A stretch of DNA of 248,000 bases. Origin: Andalucia godoyi And28 (Eukaryota; Protista; Jakobida). Of the stretch, positions 60,697 to 72,480 are shown in pieces (position 1 is the stretch's first letter; each line of letters begins with the position of its first letter). Location of the stretch: assembly GCA_009859145.1 (NCBI GenBank), contig VRVR01000013.1, positions 144,001-392,000 on the forward strand, written 5' to 3'. The notes under the pieces were generated by a model that ran no database searches, was not told the DNA's origin, and saw nothing but the letters and a program-made list of their open reading frames with translations. The translations under genes were made by a program, and so were the position numbers.

Positions 60697-60925
60697 GTGT
60701 GTATCAAAAGCACTTAAAGCCGCTTCGCATCGAAAAAAACAACCACAATAACAATAATAACAAAACGAAGAAAGGGAGGGGAAATGGAAGACAAAAAGAA
60801 GGGAAAATGGTGGGAAATTGCGGGAAATTTTTTGAGAGGGAAAAGAGGCCTGTAAGGAAAAAACGTTTACGACAGCACGATGTCCAACAACGGAGTCAGA
60901 TTTCCATTCTGTTTTTCATCCTCGG

Positions 60926-61361
60926 CTCGCCAAAAAAAAGACATGAATCATGATTGATCATCATCGGCTAGGTGTCACCGAAGACAGGTCCAAGCCGCAT
61001 GTTTTGCTCTGCTTCTTAAATTAGGACCAACTCTTCCATGCAGATTGCTCTGCATCAAAGGGTCATCGCTTCGCTTCTTCATCTTACTCTTCGCCTCCGA
61101 CGAGAGGGCATCAACGGGTTTCTTGGTTCTCGCATGGCCAGTTTGAGTTTGTTGGGAAGACCCCTCTTTGGAGCCATGCGATGTTTTTGTCTCTGACGAG
61201 GAGGTGCTGCTTGAGGGTTCAATAGAAAAAAACAAAACAAGCAGAAAGAAGAATAGAAAGAATGAACAAACAGTGAAGAATGAAAAGAAATACTGGACTT
61301 GACTACGGTAAGAAAATCGTATTGTTTGATGTTCAACGTTGATACACAAAGCTATCAACCG
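60926..61361 (+). mobile_element. Family C copy 3
   Basis: ctcgccaaaa left end; gttgata/tatcaac terminal hairpin then CG. Confidence 0.75.
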
Positions 61362-61641
61362 TTTCCTTCTGCATTTCTGCAAACCTCTGTGCCTTCCAGG
61401 AAAAAGAAGACTCACGGCATTCTCAGAATTCCGAGAGGGCATGAGAAAAGAGTCAATGTGCATGGTCCAAACCAACTCTTCAGACTGTTGTCCGGTTCCT
61501 CATCTTTTTTTTTTTTTTTTTGGGCAGCGAATGGCGAAACAAGTCCAAGAAGAAACCCAATCGATCGAGAAAACGGAAAACAGACACCGGAACAGCATTC
61601 CAGCAATCTTTTTTTAAATAAAGGAACGAGCTTGAAGATCA

Positions 61642-63354
61642 TTATTGCAAATTCTGAGAATGCTGATACGAGGGATAGGGGATTCCGGGAGAGGGATTGG
61701 GAAGATGACGTTGCTGTTGCATATGAGAGGGAATCGGAACACCGCTTGCATGTTCTTGGGGACGGAAGGGCGGGAACGGATGAGATGGAAAGAGAAAGGG
61801 TGCTGACATGGGCTGTAAATGCGAAGCGGGATGCGGAGGAAAGCCCGGCATTACTGGCCCTCCATACGGAATAACAGGAGGAAAAGAATTAGGTTGAAAC
61901 GGGGCTGCTTCTGTCCGGATTTTTCCTTTGAATGGTAATCCGGAATTGGAACTGTCCATCGAAATTGGGGCATTCGAAGAAACCGCAGCAGAAGACGCAG
62001 ACGCTACTGTGAGTGGGGCGGTACCAGGGACGTACTCTGCAGCGTCCACTTTGAGCTTGAATCTCGACGGTTTTGCGCTCCCTGCCGCAGGCTTCGACGC
62101 GGACGTTGCTTGGGATGTGTCGCCAGTAGGCACTGGAGCACCCGCAGCAGCACCCGTTGAAGCGGGAACTGGCGGGCCTGCAGTAACAACTGCAGCCTTC
62201 TCTAATGTGGACGCAACTGAAACAGTAGAGACGACTGGACTGGATGCCCTTTCTTCTGGAGAGGCTCCAGTTCTCGCAGCCGGAGCAACAGGAGTAGCAG
62301 TAGCAGAAACAGAAGCAGGAACAGGCACCGGTGATGGCAGGGGCGCTGCAACAGATGCTGATGCAGGAGCCTTCCTCGAATCTGCAGTCTTTTCCTCGGG
62401 GGCATTGCCTTTCGAACTTGACAGAGTCGTGGTGGACACGGCCTGGGTCTTTTGTGGCGGCGCAGTTGATGCAGACGTTGTTCCTAAAACAATGCGGGCA
62501 TACGAGGAGCTTCCAGAAGGCGGAGCGGCAGTCTGAGAGGCTGATTTTTGGGTGACTGCAGAGGGTGCCGCTGCAGATGGCGTGCTAGCCGATGATGCAG
62601 AGGCCGTTGCAGGGGTGGATTTCTTGTTCGACGACGGACCGGAAGCACCATTTCGGATGACGGCACCATATCGTTCTTCCTCGTCAATTTCCTCGTTCTC
62701 CAGTCCACGTTCCTCTCGAAGATGCACATTATCCGAGCCACCATTCGCGAGAATCTCAGCTTCTATCTTGGAGGCACGGCTCGCATTCTTCTTATAAAAC
62801 TCGGAATCTCGATCAAGAGCCGTTGTGTACAGGGATTCTTCATAATTGGAACGAACTCCGAATCGTTCTTCATTCGCTTTGAATTGGTCCCAACTGCGAG
62901 ATCCAGAAAGCGATCCGAGGCTAGCATCCACTGGGGCACCAGAATCCCACTTTTGCATATTGCGAAAGCGGTCGTCCACATCACGGTATCCTTTTCCAGA
63001 GCGCTTGGACCCGATTTCTGAGTCCACACCAACTTCTCCATGGCCCTTGGCAGCAGCACGGGACTCCGCACCTGCCAGCAAAGCCACATCCTCCACGGTG
63101 GACAAGGACAGAACATCGGCATATGCCAGTTGAACGGTCTTGTGAACAACGACCTTGGAGGACAGGTCTTGAGGATTGATTTCCACAGCTGCATTCAGGA
63201 GAAGCCCTTTCGATGCATCGATGGAGACCAGCAATCCTCGAATTGCATTCTTGTGGACGGATGACCGAACCTCGACAAGTCGTCCAATCAGCATGGCTGC
63301 GATCCATGCAAATCGGTCAGCAGACGCACCGGATGCCGCAGAAGACGGTTTCAT
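61642..63354 (-). CDS. ATXN2: Ataxin-2/Pbp1 homolog
   Basis: Lsm domain, WDQFKANEERFGVRSNYEESLYTT (LsmAD), PAM2-like motifs. Confidence 0.85.
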   Translation of the reverse strand: MKPSSAASGASADRFAWIAAMLIGRLVEVRSSVHKNAIRGLLVSIDASKGLLLNAAVEINPQDLSSKVVVHKTVQLAYADVLSLSTVEDVALLAGAESRAAAKGHGEVGVDSEIGSKRSGKGYRDVDDRFRNMQKWDSGAPVDASLGSLSGSRSWDQFKANEERFGVRSNYEESLYTTALDRDSEFYKKNASRASKIEAEILANGGSDNVHLREERGLENEEIDEEERYGAVIRNGASGPSSNKKSTPATASASSASTPSAAAPSAVTQKSASQTAAPPSGSSSYARIVLGTTSASTAPPQKTQAVSTTTLSSSKGNAPEEKTADSRKAPASASVAAPLPSPVPVPASVSATATPVAPAARTGASPEERASSPVVSTVSVASTLEKAAVVTAGPPVPASTGAAAGAPVPTGDTSQATSASKPAAGSAKPSRFKLKVDAAEYVPGTAPLTVASASSAAVSSNAPISMDSSNSGLPFKGKIRTEAAPFQPNSFPPVIPYGGPVMPGFPPHPASHLQPMSAPFLFPSHPFPPFRPQEHASGVPIPSHMQQQRHLPNPSPGIPYPSYQHSQNLQ

Positions 63355-64195
63355 TCACAAGCCCTCCACAATGTAAATACCTCCAACAAGAATAAATCAA
63401 GAACGAGGGCAAGAAGAAAAAGAGAAAAGAGAGAAAAGAGAGAAGAAGCACAAGAATAAGAAAACATTCGGGGGACTTCTCAACAACAGGCCATCCTCCC
63501 AAGATACGATTGGAAATTGTCATTTTCAAAGCCTCTGACATCTTTTGTCAGACTGCGAAAGTAAAAGAAAATTCTATTTGAAAAAGGGATGGCTGTCCTT
63601 TCATTCTCCTCGCTTTTTCCTTTCTTTTCCTTTCTTTTCTCTTTCTTTCCTTTCTTTTCTTTTCTCGACAATGTCGATTTGAGTGTCTCGATAGCGACTC
63701 CGATGTGTTAGTATCGGAGCATTTTTTTTAAAATTCGAATTTAGGTATGTTTTGTGGCTTGCTTGTTGTTCATCCTTTCCCTTTTGGGACTTTTTTTATG
63801 TTTTTATTTTAATGACGAGGAGGCCTCGGAAGCAGATGATGTGATGATATATGTTAGCGATGGGCTGTATGATCCCTGATTAGAAACCGCTATGTGTACA
63901 ATTTTATGTCTGATTATCTGTCTTTATTTCCGGGGGATTCTCACCTGCTTTGTGGCTCGTCATCATGGATTGATCTAACTTTGTTTTCATTTTCAAGTGG
64001 GTTTTTTTTCCCCTTCTCCCCCTTCTCCTGGGGAACACCCCACCTCCACTCCCCCAATCCTTGCAAAACAAAACATTTAAATTAAAAAAAAGTAAAGTCC
64101 GTGAACGAAAGCATCCTGTACATTCCAACAAAAATAAAGACATAAATATAACAGTAGTCAACGAAGTCCAAGATTCCCTGACATGGACCACGTCG

Positions 64196-64609
64196 TCATC
64201 CCGATTCTTCGTCTGACAGGTCTTCGCGCTGCTCTGGCGGTTCTGCTGTCTCTGCAGTAGCCGCAGCGGAAGCGGACCCTGATTGTCGCAGATGGCTGAG
64301 TTCGGACTGCAGCGACCTGATCTTTGCTTCCAAAGCTGCTTTGCGAGAAACCAGGTTTGACTCTTGTTCACGAAGCAATGTGACCTGTTGGATTTGACGA
64401 AGAAGCCCGATCATTTCAAGCTGTCGCACACGAGCCTCCAATGCCCGGGCTTGCGCACATTGGACTGCAACTTCGCTCTTCATTCTGTTGAGATGCTGCT
64501 GAACATCCGCCTCTTTCCGCGACTGCTCTGTGAACAAAATTGCACACAAGTACGGCCGCAGGAGATCCACATGCTCCAGATTGCTTGCGTCAAACATTCG
64601 CGGAGGCAA
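64196..64609 (-). CDS. Small coiled-coil hypothetical protein
   Basis: 137-aa ORF in gene-like spacing. Confidence 0.4.
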   Translation of the reverse strand: MPPRMFDASNLEHVDLLRPYLCAILFTEQSRKEADVQQHLNRMKSEVAVQCAQARALEARVRQLEMIGLLRQIQQVTLLREQESNLVSRKAALEAKIRSLQSELSHLRQSGSASAAATAETAEPPEQREDLSDEESG

Positions 64610-65190
64610 TTTAAAAAACCTAAAAGAGAACCCAGTGCATGAATATATATATGTATATACATATATTATTATTTTTTTGAACCAGAAGGGATGCGTCGAA
64701 GGCGAGGATGGGAATCATGATGGGAATCGTGAATCACGATTCGTCAGCTGCTGTAACCCCGCCAGACGCACAGGAGAGCAGAAAAGGAAACGATTTCTCT
64801 CGAAACGGGTGCGACTCTTCCCGCCGGGTCGTAACAAACCAAAAAGAAAATATTAAAATATTAAAATAAATATTAAATAAAGACAGACAACACAGACTCG
64901 CAAGGAAAAGCAAAACCCCCCAGGATTGCGGAGAGCCAACCCCTGTGACCTGTCCATTTCATTGACGTGGCTGCCTGGTTCGTTCGCATTTCAATGGCCT
65001 CTTCATGAAATCCTCAGTACATAGAAGTTTCTCTCCGTTGATTGCGGTGAACTCGGTAGGCCAAGTCGCAATTGCAACACGTATGTGCATTACATTCAGT
65101 AGACCTCTTTGCATTCTGAACTGTTCGATTTTCGTCTAATCTGCAGCTTTTTTTAACGATTGTTATGACTACGTTGATGATGATGATGAT

Positions 65191-66915
65191 TTGGCGCTCG
65201 ACGTTTGTATAGCACGTGCGATTCATTTTTCGTGGGTACCGGCTTGCTGGGCATACCCGCCGTCGTTTGGGTATCCAAAGTTTTTGCAATTTTTTGGAAA
65301 TCAGCTGGTGGTGGTTACAACTTCGGGAACTTGCCACTTGTTTGAAAACTATGCAGCAAATCCAGTTCCCATTCTCACATCGCGACCCGTACGACATGTT
65401 TGTGCGTCATCAGGCCATCGCATGCTTGTCGTTTCGGAAGATTGCAATGTTTTTATGTTTCACAGAGACTCGTTGCCGTCACAAAGTCAAAGGGAGCCGT
65501 CCTTGCGCGCTGTGAAACTGGATTTCTTGGATAACAAGGCAATTCGACGAGTCGGTTCTTCCGAGGCGATCGGAATTGCTCTCTCAAAGGATGGTTCTGT
65601 TTTTGTGTGGTTTTGGAGTAATCCTGAGCCAACACTCCGTCATATTACCCCTCCAGTACCTTTCAAGAGTATTTCGGTTTCGGAACGGACGAACTATGTG
65701 TTGTTTCGGACTGTGGACGGACAAGTGTTTTCTTGTGGATCGGGAAAATACGGTGTCTTGGGTCATGGGGGATACGGAAATGAGTTTGTTCCTCGAAAGT
65801 TGGTCGCGCTGAATGGCGTCGAAGTCGCTACCGTTGCAGCTGCGAACACGTTTGCTCTGTGTTTGTCTTCGGAAGGTCGCTGTTATCGATGGGGAACCTT
65901 TGGCAAATCCGAAGTTGTGCATTTGCCACAGGAAGTCGAGTCCACTGGATCGACAAATGTTGCTGCGGCTGCGGGAAGCTCCAATGGTGTCATCTTATCG
66001 TTTTCATTGTCCGTAGATTTCTTCTGGTCGGAACAGGGCATTAACCGTGCTCGCTATAGTGAATGCGAAGAGCTCACGTTGCGGCTTCGCTCAGAAGAGC
66101 AGTCTTCATCGGAAAATATGTTTTTCGACTCTTTGATGAGGAGACATTTTGAGAAACGAGATTCCTCCGAGACGTCACATCTCGCTCGAAATCCAGAGTC
66201 TCGCTCTTCCCCAGAACCATTCCGCCGACCTTCTCCGAGAGGGAGAGGACCGATTGACAACTCAAAGAAAAGACGAGATCTGTCGTTTTACGCTGTTGAT
66301 ATCGAGAAGAATCTAGAAGACATTGATGCTGAACTGAACAGAATCCGGCACACTTTGGTGGGAAAGCCCGGTGTGCGACCCCACGGACAGGCAGAGCACA
66401 TACGCAGTGATTCGCTTGCAGAACGAAGGTCTTCTTTCTCGCCTCCGAATCGGCTGGTCATCGAAGACAACGGGGAGGCGGTGGAGGCAAGTTATGGCTC
66501 CGAGATTTTATGGAAGTCGGCTGATGATCAGTCGTCCACGGGTGCGGACTCTTATGATGCGCTCGCTGCGGAAATTGATTATCTCTCTGACGCTCTGGCA
66601 GAGCGAGATGGAGAGCTTGCTGTGTGGAAGGTTGCAGGGAAACGGCTGATGGAACTTTTGCAGGCAGAAAAGGCTTCGCATGCCAGGATGCAGAAAGAAG
66701 TATCTGACCTTCGACAAATGATGTTGAACAAGGAGCAGCTTCTCCAAAGACAGTTGACCCGATCGAATGCTTGGATCGAGGAAGTTCAGACTTTGGAGAG
66801 AACATCAAAGGCTCTCATTGAGAGTAAGAATTCGCAAATCAAATCATTGCAAAACCAGGTAGATTCGCTTTCTCGAAAGATCGAAACTTTACATGTAAAG
66901 CAGGGGCATCCTTGA
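65191..66915 (+). CDS. RCC1-repeat protein with coiled-coil tail
   Basis: GQVFSCGSGKYGVLGHG, VAAANTF..GRCYRWG. Confidence 0.7.
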   Translation: MALDVCIARAIHFSWVPACWAYPPSFGYPKFLQFFGNQLVVVTTSGTCHLFENYAANPVPILTSRPVRHVCASSGHRMLVVSEDCNVFMFHRDSLPSQSQREPSLRAVKLDFLDNKAIRRVGSSEAIGIALSKDGSVFVWFWSNPEPTLRHITPPVPFKSISVSERTNYVLFRTVDGQVFSCGSGKYGVLGHGGYGNEFVPRKLVALNGVEVATVAAANTFALCLSSEGRCYRWGTFGKSEVVHLPQEVESTGSTNVAAAAGSSNGVILSFSLSVDFFWSEQGINRARYSECEELTLRLRSEEQSSSENMFFDSLMRRHFEKRDSSETSHLARNPESRSSPEPFRRPSPRGRGPIDNSKKRRDLSFYAVDIEKNLEDIDAELNRIRHTLVGKPGVRPHGQAEHIRSDSLAERRSSFSPPNRLVIEDNGEAVEASYGSEILWKSADDQSSTGADSYDALAAEIDYLSDALAERDGELAVWKVAGKRLMELLQAEKASHARMQKEVSDLRQMMLNKEQLLQRQLTRSNAWIEEVQTLERTSKALIESKNSQIKSLQNQVDSLSRKIETLHVKQGHP

Positions 66916-66930
66916 ACTTTTTCTCCTCGA

Positions 66931-68253
66931 TCAAGGCTGTGGAAGTCCCCAAAATCGTCCTCTGCAATCGTGCGAACACGAGAAAAAGGCCATTTCAGTG
67001 GGTGATGCTGCGATCCAGCGGATGTTTGCAGTGTGCCCGGAGAGAACAAACACCTTCTCTGATGTTCTGACGTTCCAGACGACAATCGAATTGGTACGCT
67101 CGTCTGTAGAAAACACCAGCTGCTCGTTAAATGACATTGTCGCGACGCAGGGATGTTTGGCAACAAAGTTCCTTGATGAATTGGACGACTGGATGTTGGA
67201 CAAGTTGAATTCTCGGACAGGGGCAGGATTTCCCGATGAGGTTAGGAGCGAACGGATGTCGAAAAGCCTAGCCACACCATCTCGCCCAGAAGTCAGGAGG
67301 AAGCGACCTGACTTTGACCAGCAAACAGAGTTGACTTCAAACCCGCCATGAATACGTGGCATTTCAAAAGCCAATTCTCCAGAAACCGTCCCCCACAACT
67401 TGACGACGCCGTCTCTGCCAGCGGTCGCAAAGAGCTCGGCAGTAGGAGAATACCGGACACAACCGATACCGGGATACGCATGTCCCACTCCCTTCGTTGC
67501 CTGGTACCGCACTTGCTGACTTGATGCAATGTCAATGAGCACAAGATCGGAATCAGAGCCAGCAAGCAAAAAGTCTCCTGATGGGTGGATATCGAGCGTC
67601 TTCACACTGGTGGTGTTCGTCTGATAGGAGCGAAGCTTTCCTCTTCTGCTCGAAGCACTTCGAGAACAGTCAAAGACCAACACAGACGAATCATCCGAAG
67701 CAGAAAACAACAGCTGTTCTCTTGGATGAAACACAACTTCGTTGATTGGTTTTCCGCGTTCAAGGTCTTTCCAGGTTGCAATAACAGGATGTTTGTCTTT
67801 TGAAGAGCTGTCGCCACGATCGTACGTCCGGACTTTCTCGACATCAATAAGCTTGATACTCTGATCGGATGACCCCGTAGCGCAAAGTCTTCCATCGGCA
67901 CTGAAAGCACAGGTATTGATTTCTCCTTGATGGGTCGTGAGATACCAGGTTGAGAAAGATGACGCTGGCAAGGAGAGACCGACAGAGGAGCTTTCGTCCA
68001 GAACTTCTTCAACGCTCGTGACTCCCGAAGAATGCAAGGCGCTTCCATTTCCACGCTGCGCTTGTTCCAGAGCTGACCTTTCGCGATGCACACTGAGGCC
68101 TTCTTGAACTAAGGAGGAGAGAAACCCGGTTGGGACAGACGGATCTGGGGTGACCATCGTCGCTGCGGATACCTGCTGAGCGGCTCCTACGTAGCCATCC
68201 GCAAGCAACTGCGCAATGATCAGCTGATACAAATACGCAGACCGAGTAGACAT
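66931..68253 (-). CDS. CSTF1: Cleavage stimulation factor 50 kDa subunit
   Basis: LYQLIIAQLLADGY dimerisation motif plus WD40 repeats. Confidence 0.85.
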   Translation of the reverse strand: MSTRSAYLYQLIIAQLLADGYVGAAQQVSAATMVTPDPSVPTGFLSSLVQEGLSVHRERSALEQAQRGNGSALHSSGVTSVEEVLDESSSVGLSLPASSFSTWYLTTHQGEINTCAFSADGRLCATGSSDQSIKLIDVEKVRTYDRGDSSSKDKHPVIATWKDLERGKPINEVVFHPREQLLFSASDDSSVLVFDCSRSASSRRGKLRSYQTNTTSVKTLDIHPSGDFLLAGSDSDLVLIDIASSQQVRYQATKGVGHAYPGIGCVRYSPTAELFATAGRDGVVKLWGTVSGELAFEMPRIHGGFEVNSVCWSKSGRFLLTSGRDGVARLFDIRSLLTSSGNPAPVREFNLSNIQSSNSSRNFVAKHPCVATMSFNEQLVFSTDERTNSIVVWNVRTSEKVFVLSGHTANIRWIAASPTEMAFFSCSHDCRGRFWGLPQP

Positions 68254-68483
68254 TATTTACAATGAGTTCACACAGCCACGGGACAACGATCGCTCACCGA
68301 ATCAATATTCAATTTCTACAATAATTCAAGAAGACCGTCCTCTTCACGCGCAGGCTTATTTGCCGTCGACCGCTTTTTTTTTTTTTTTTTTGGTGCAGAA
68401 ATGTCGCAGCATGATGTGTACAGCAGTTGGAAGAGTGAGAAACTGATGCCAACCACGAGGGTTTCATTTCGACGTGGTGACGA

Positions 68484-69200
68484 GTGCAGAATGCTGGGTG
68501 TTACGGAAGATTCTTCTACTTCGGCAAATATTCGAACCGCTGCACAACTCGGAAAATGCTGGAAGACGTTTTGGAGCAAGATCTCGAAGTGAAACAAGCT
68601 CTGTTTCGGCTGGAGCAGCTGCTCAAACGTTCGGAGAGTCTTTCGTCGAACCGAACGCAGTCCGCCGAGGCAAACCTGATGCACAAAGCGGGAGCACCCG
68701 AGCCGAGAACCGAGAATGTGCAAAAATCCGAATGGAAAATTCACGGTTTTTTGGATGATCGTGGTCGACGCAGTTTCGAGAAGCAGTCACCACGAGAATT
68801 TGAGTCGAGCCGATCTTCGTTCAGTCAGCGCATGATGAAGGATGGCAGCGCTGCGGGAAAGCCCCAAGGATCTCTTGCAGAAAGGCTCAGTGGGGGTGGT
68901 GATGATTTCGGTCATGTGAACTGTGGAGGAAAAGAGAAAAGAAGACTGGAAAAGAAAATAGAAATTCTCCAACATGAAAACAGGCTTCTGAGTTCGAGGT
69001 TGACGGAAGCAGAAGCTGCGATGGAGCGAATGAAACACCGTCGGTCAGAAGTGCGAAATCTGGACCGCGAAAAAGCATTCCAACAAATGATTCGAGTAGA
69101 AGCAGAGCTGATTCGCTTGCAGGAGGAGTTTGGAAAACTGAAAGCCAGACTGTGCGTTCCAAAGAAGGCGGCAGCGTCCAAAGCCAGAGCATGGAAGTGA
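68484..69200 (+). CDS. Coiled-coil hypothetical protein
   Basis: 238-aa ORF. Confidence 0.45.
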   Translation: MQNAGCYGRFFYFGKYSNRCTTRKMLEDVLEQDLEVKQALFRLEQLLKRSESLSSNRTQSAEANLMHKAGAPEPRTENVQKSEWKIHGFLDDRGRRSFEKQSPREFESSRSSFSQRMMKDGSAAGKPQGSLAERLSGGGDDFGHVNCGGKEKRRLEKKIEILQHENRLLSSRLTEAEAAMERMKHRRSEVRNLDREKAFQQMIRVEAELIRLQEEFGKLKARLCVPKKAAASKARAWK

Positions 69201-69668
69201 CTTGATTTCATCAAAACGTCTGTCGAGCGTGAGGACACTACACATTCAAGAACTCGAAGACGGAGCAAGATGGCTATAGAAAAGAGGATGCTGTGTGCTG
69301 TCGTTCTGGCTCGATACTGCGCAGTCCGCACAGTGAAGCGTGAACCCCCCCTCCCCCTTTGCAAGCCTTTGGCCTCCAAAAAAGAAAAAGAAAAAAAAAA
69401 GACGCCGGCTGTTGTAGATCTTCTTTTCTTTTTTTCCCTTTTCTGTTTTTTAGAGGTGAGAAGCTCCTGAGTTGAAAGAGAAAATTCGCTGCTTCAAATC
69501 CCTCCGGACTGTTGCTGAGTGCTAGGCAGGTGTTTCTTCTTTTTCTTCTTCGAGACAGCTTTCCTGCTTGAGAAGGTATGGTAAAGTGGATGAGGTGTTT
69601 CACTCTTGTGTTTCTAGCATGTGTCATTCTCGGTTTGACTAAAGCGGCTTCCGCCGTGTATCAAGAGG

Positions 69669-72293
69669 ATGCTGGAAATATTGACAGGTATGATATCCTG
69701 TATTTTTCTTTCTTCTGGTTTATTACTTGTCATTGATATACATATATCGTTGTATTCCTTTTTGCCGCTATTTCTTCATTGTTCTTGTTCAAGCTCATGT
69801 TCTCACGGTGATTTTCGTAGACTGCAATCTTACATTGGCCGACCGGTGTTCGTGGAATCCGATAGTACACTCGGATATGCATACACTGTCACGGATCAGG
69901 GAGCCATTGCTGCGTTGAAGACCGCAACTGGGGAACTGTTGTGGAGAACGATTCTTCCTCGAAACGAGAATCCGCGCATGTTGGTAGTCGATGCATCGTC
70001 GCGCCTTGTTGTTGTTTCGGATACGTCTTATTTTACTGGTTCAACTGTCTGGGTTCGAAAACTGGACCCTGCAAACGGCGCCTTCCTTTCGGAAAAGTCA
70101 TTTGACGGGACCTTCTTAGATGCAGATATTTCCTCTGGTAACGTTCGATTGTTGATGTCTTTGGGGGACTCTGTATTTGCTTTCGAAGAAGTTCGATCTC
70201 CCCAGTGGAAATTTGCTTCCGCAGTGGTCCTTTCCAAGTCGTTGAATGGACGGTTTCTTACAGGTCAGTCTCGTGCTGCTATTGAAATGGTCGAGAACAG
70301 GAAAGTGATGGTGTTGGATTTTGCCTCTGACACTATGATCCCATCCGACAGTACTTCTGCATATGGTGCTGGTGTACTTCCTGTCTTGGGACGACACCTT
70401 CTTTATTTGTCTTCTGCGAGTCAGGTCAATGTCAAGAATTTGGTGTCTGGTGGCGACGTCACACCTGTGCTTCCGATGTGTGTCTCGGACATTTCTGTTT
70501 TAGTCGAATCGTTTCCGTTTGTGTTGATTCGGTGCGCAGGGACCTCTAATGAGAATCTTGCGTTCGTCCTGAAGTTCGATGACTCAAAGCTCGATGTCGT
70601 CGAGTCATTTTCGGCGCCCGGCAACATCGCGTACGGCGCAGTTGAGGGGGGCCTTGTTGTTCATGCTCAGGCAGAATTGAAGGTGTACGGTTTTGGGGAC
70701 ACGCAAACTCTTTCTTTTCCTGTAGAAGAACCCTTGGTGCGTCTGTTTCCGTCTGTGCGATCGACTTCTGATAAGAGACGCCTGCATGCGATTTTGCTGG
70801 TCTCTCAGGACGCGTCAATTTCATATGTTTCGCGAACATCTTCTGCATTCATCCGTTCTTGGAAGCGTTTCGAAGGACTTCCCTATACTCGCGCCCAAAC
70901 AGTGATTCCGATGTCTTCTGGTCTACGTGGATTGGTTGAATCGTTGAACGTTTCCCGTTGGAAGAGTGTCTTTTCTTCTGTTTCGGAATCTCTGGACAAT
71001 GCGGTTTTCGTCGGTCTCACCTCACAAGGGCTTCTTTACGGATTGCACCACGGTAACCCCATTTTCCAGATTTTCGTTCCACGTTTCTCAACGGTCCCTA
71101 CCAACGCTGTTGATTATGACGTGTGGTTGTTGTCTGATCGACCTCGGTCGAGGTTGCATGTCGCGCTGTCTACCGATACGTTTTCGATGCTCGCTTCCTT
71201 CGATGCGCAGACCCTGCGACTGCTCGAATCGAAGAGCTTCTCGGCACAGCCTCTATTGCATGCGATGTTGTCCGACAAGGGTGATTTCATTGCCATTGAT
71301 CGAAACCGTCATGTGAGGGCGGTTTCATCGGCAACTGAATCTGCGAAGAGGCCCTTCTACGTTGTCAGTCCCTCCACTGCAGAGGTCCTGGGATTTGAAA
71401 CAGGCAACCCACAGCCAGTGTGGTCTGTCCCGTTCTTTGGGGAGACACTGGAGGCATACGCTGTCCGTGGCAGTGATTCATTGCACAGTTCCGATCGCGA
71501 GATCGTCTCTGATTCTGCCTTTGATCTGGCAGGAGATAACACGTCGTTTTCTGCGTCACGTGTTCCGAAGGTACTAGTTCCAAACCTCCTTGTTTTTGTC
71601 ACTTCCTCGGTTGTCCAAAGACGCACTGGTGAGCAGTCTGTTTGCTCCATCTATTACATTGATGCCGATTCTGGAATGCTACGTGATGGAGTCACACTCT
71701 CCAATGCTGTTGGACCAGTGCGGATGGCTGTCTCTGAAGAAGTTACGGTTGTGTTTTACACTAATTCAAAGACTCTGCAGCAGGAAGTGTTTGTCTCTCG
71801 GCTGTTCTATGACTCTCCGGATTCTCGCCCGCAACTGCGAAGAGATGCCCGCGCGTTTCTGTTCCCATTTCATGTGGAAGCTGTAGGTGTTTCCAAAACT
71901 CAGCATGGCGTCACCGTCAAGGACTTTTTGGTGCTCACGTCAAAGGGACAGCTTGTGGAGGTTTCTCGTCGAAATCTCCTTTCCTTTAAGGTGCTTGAGG
72001 ATCGAGGTTCTGTAGTTCCTGTTCGTCACCAAGATATTGTATCGTACTCCAACAAGATTAACAGGCCAAAGTTCGTCCTCGCTGAAGGCACTCGACTGGA
72101 GTCGACGTCTGTGGTCTTTTGCGGCGGGCTTGATTTCTACATGACGTTGGTGCAACCAAATAAGGGCTTTGACCAGCTTGGTGAAGGGTTTTCCAAGAGT
72201 CTTCTTGCTCTTTCGCTCTGCATTATGGGGGCGGTGAACGTTGTGCTCAAAAAGCTATCCAGTCGCCGTCGTGTACAAAAGGAATGGAAGTGA
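69669..72293 (+). CDS. EMC1: ER membrane complex subunit 1
   Basis: PQQ-like propeller; GTRLESTSVVFCGGLDFY..PNKGFDQL; C-terminal TM. Confidence 0.8.
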   Translation: MLEILTGMISCIFLSSGLLLVIDIHISLYSFLPLFLHCSCSSSCSHGDFRRLQSYIGRPVFVESDSTLGYAYTVTDQGAIAALKTATGELLWRTILPRNENPRMLVVDASSRLVVVSDTSYFTGSTVWVRKLDPANGAFLSEKSFDGTFLDADISSGNVRLLMSLGDSVFAFEEVRSPQWKFASAVVLSKSLNGRFLTGQSRAAIEMVENRKVMVLDFASDTMIPSDSTSAYGAGVLPVLGRHLLYLSSASQVNVKNLVSGGDVTPVLPMCVSDISVLVESFPFVLIRCAGTSNENLAFVLKFDDSKLDVVESFSAPGNIAYGAVEGGLVVHAQAELKVYGFGDTQTLSFPVEEPLVRLFPSVRSTSDKRRLHAILLVSQDASISYVSRTSSAFIRSWKRFEGLPYTRAQTVIPMSSGLRGLVESLNVSRWKSVFSSVSESLDNAVFVGLTSQGLLYGLHHGNPIFQIFVPRFSTVPTNAVDYDVWLLSDRPRSRLHVALSTDTFSMLASFDAQTLRLLESKSFSAQPLLHAMLSDKGDFIAIDRNRHVRAVSSATESAKRPFYVVSPSTAEVLGFETGNPQPVWSVPFFGETLEAYAVRGSDSLHSSDREIVSDSAFDLAGDNTSFSASRVPKVLVPNLLVFVTSSVVQRRTGEQSVCSIYYIDADSGMLRDGVTLSNAVGPVRMAVSEEVTVVFYTNSKTLQQEVFVSRLFYDSPDSRPQLRRDARAFLFPFHVEAVGVSKTQHGVTVKDFLVLTSKGQLVEVSRRNLLSFKVLEDRGSVVPVRHQDIVSYSNKINRPKFVLAEGTRLESTSVVFCGGLDFYMTLVQPNKGFDQLGEGFSKSLLALSLCIMGAVNVVLKKLSSRRRVQKEWK

Positions 72294-72480
72294 GAAGATT
72301 ATCATTAAAAATTGAGTCGCTTGAGTTCGTGTACGTTTTCCCAAGATGTTTTGCACTCCGTGGGTTGCTTGGCTTTCTGTGCGCTTTCTGGGCTTTTCCC
72401 TCCGTTTCTTTCTTCTTTTTTTTATTATTTAAATTATTTTCCCTTCTCCTCTGGCAGCAAGTTCGGCAGAACAGTCAGAA

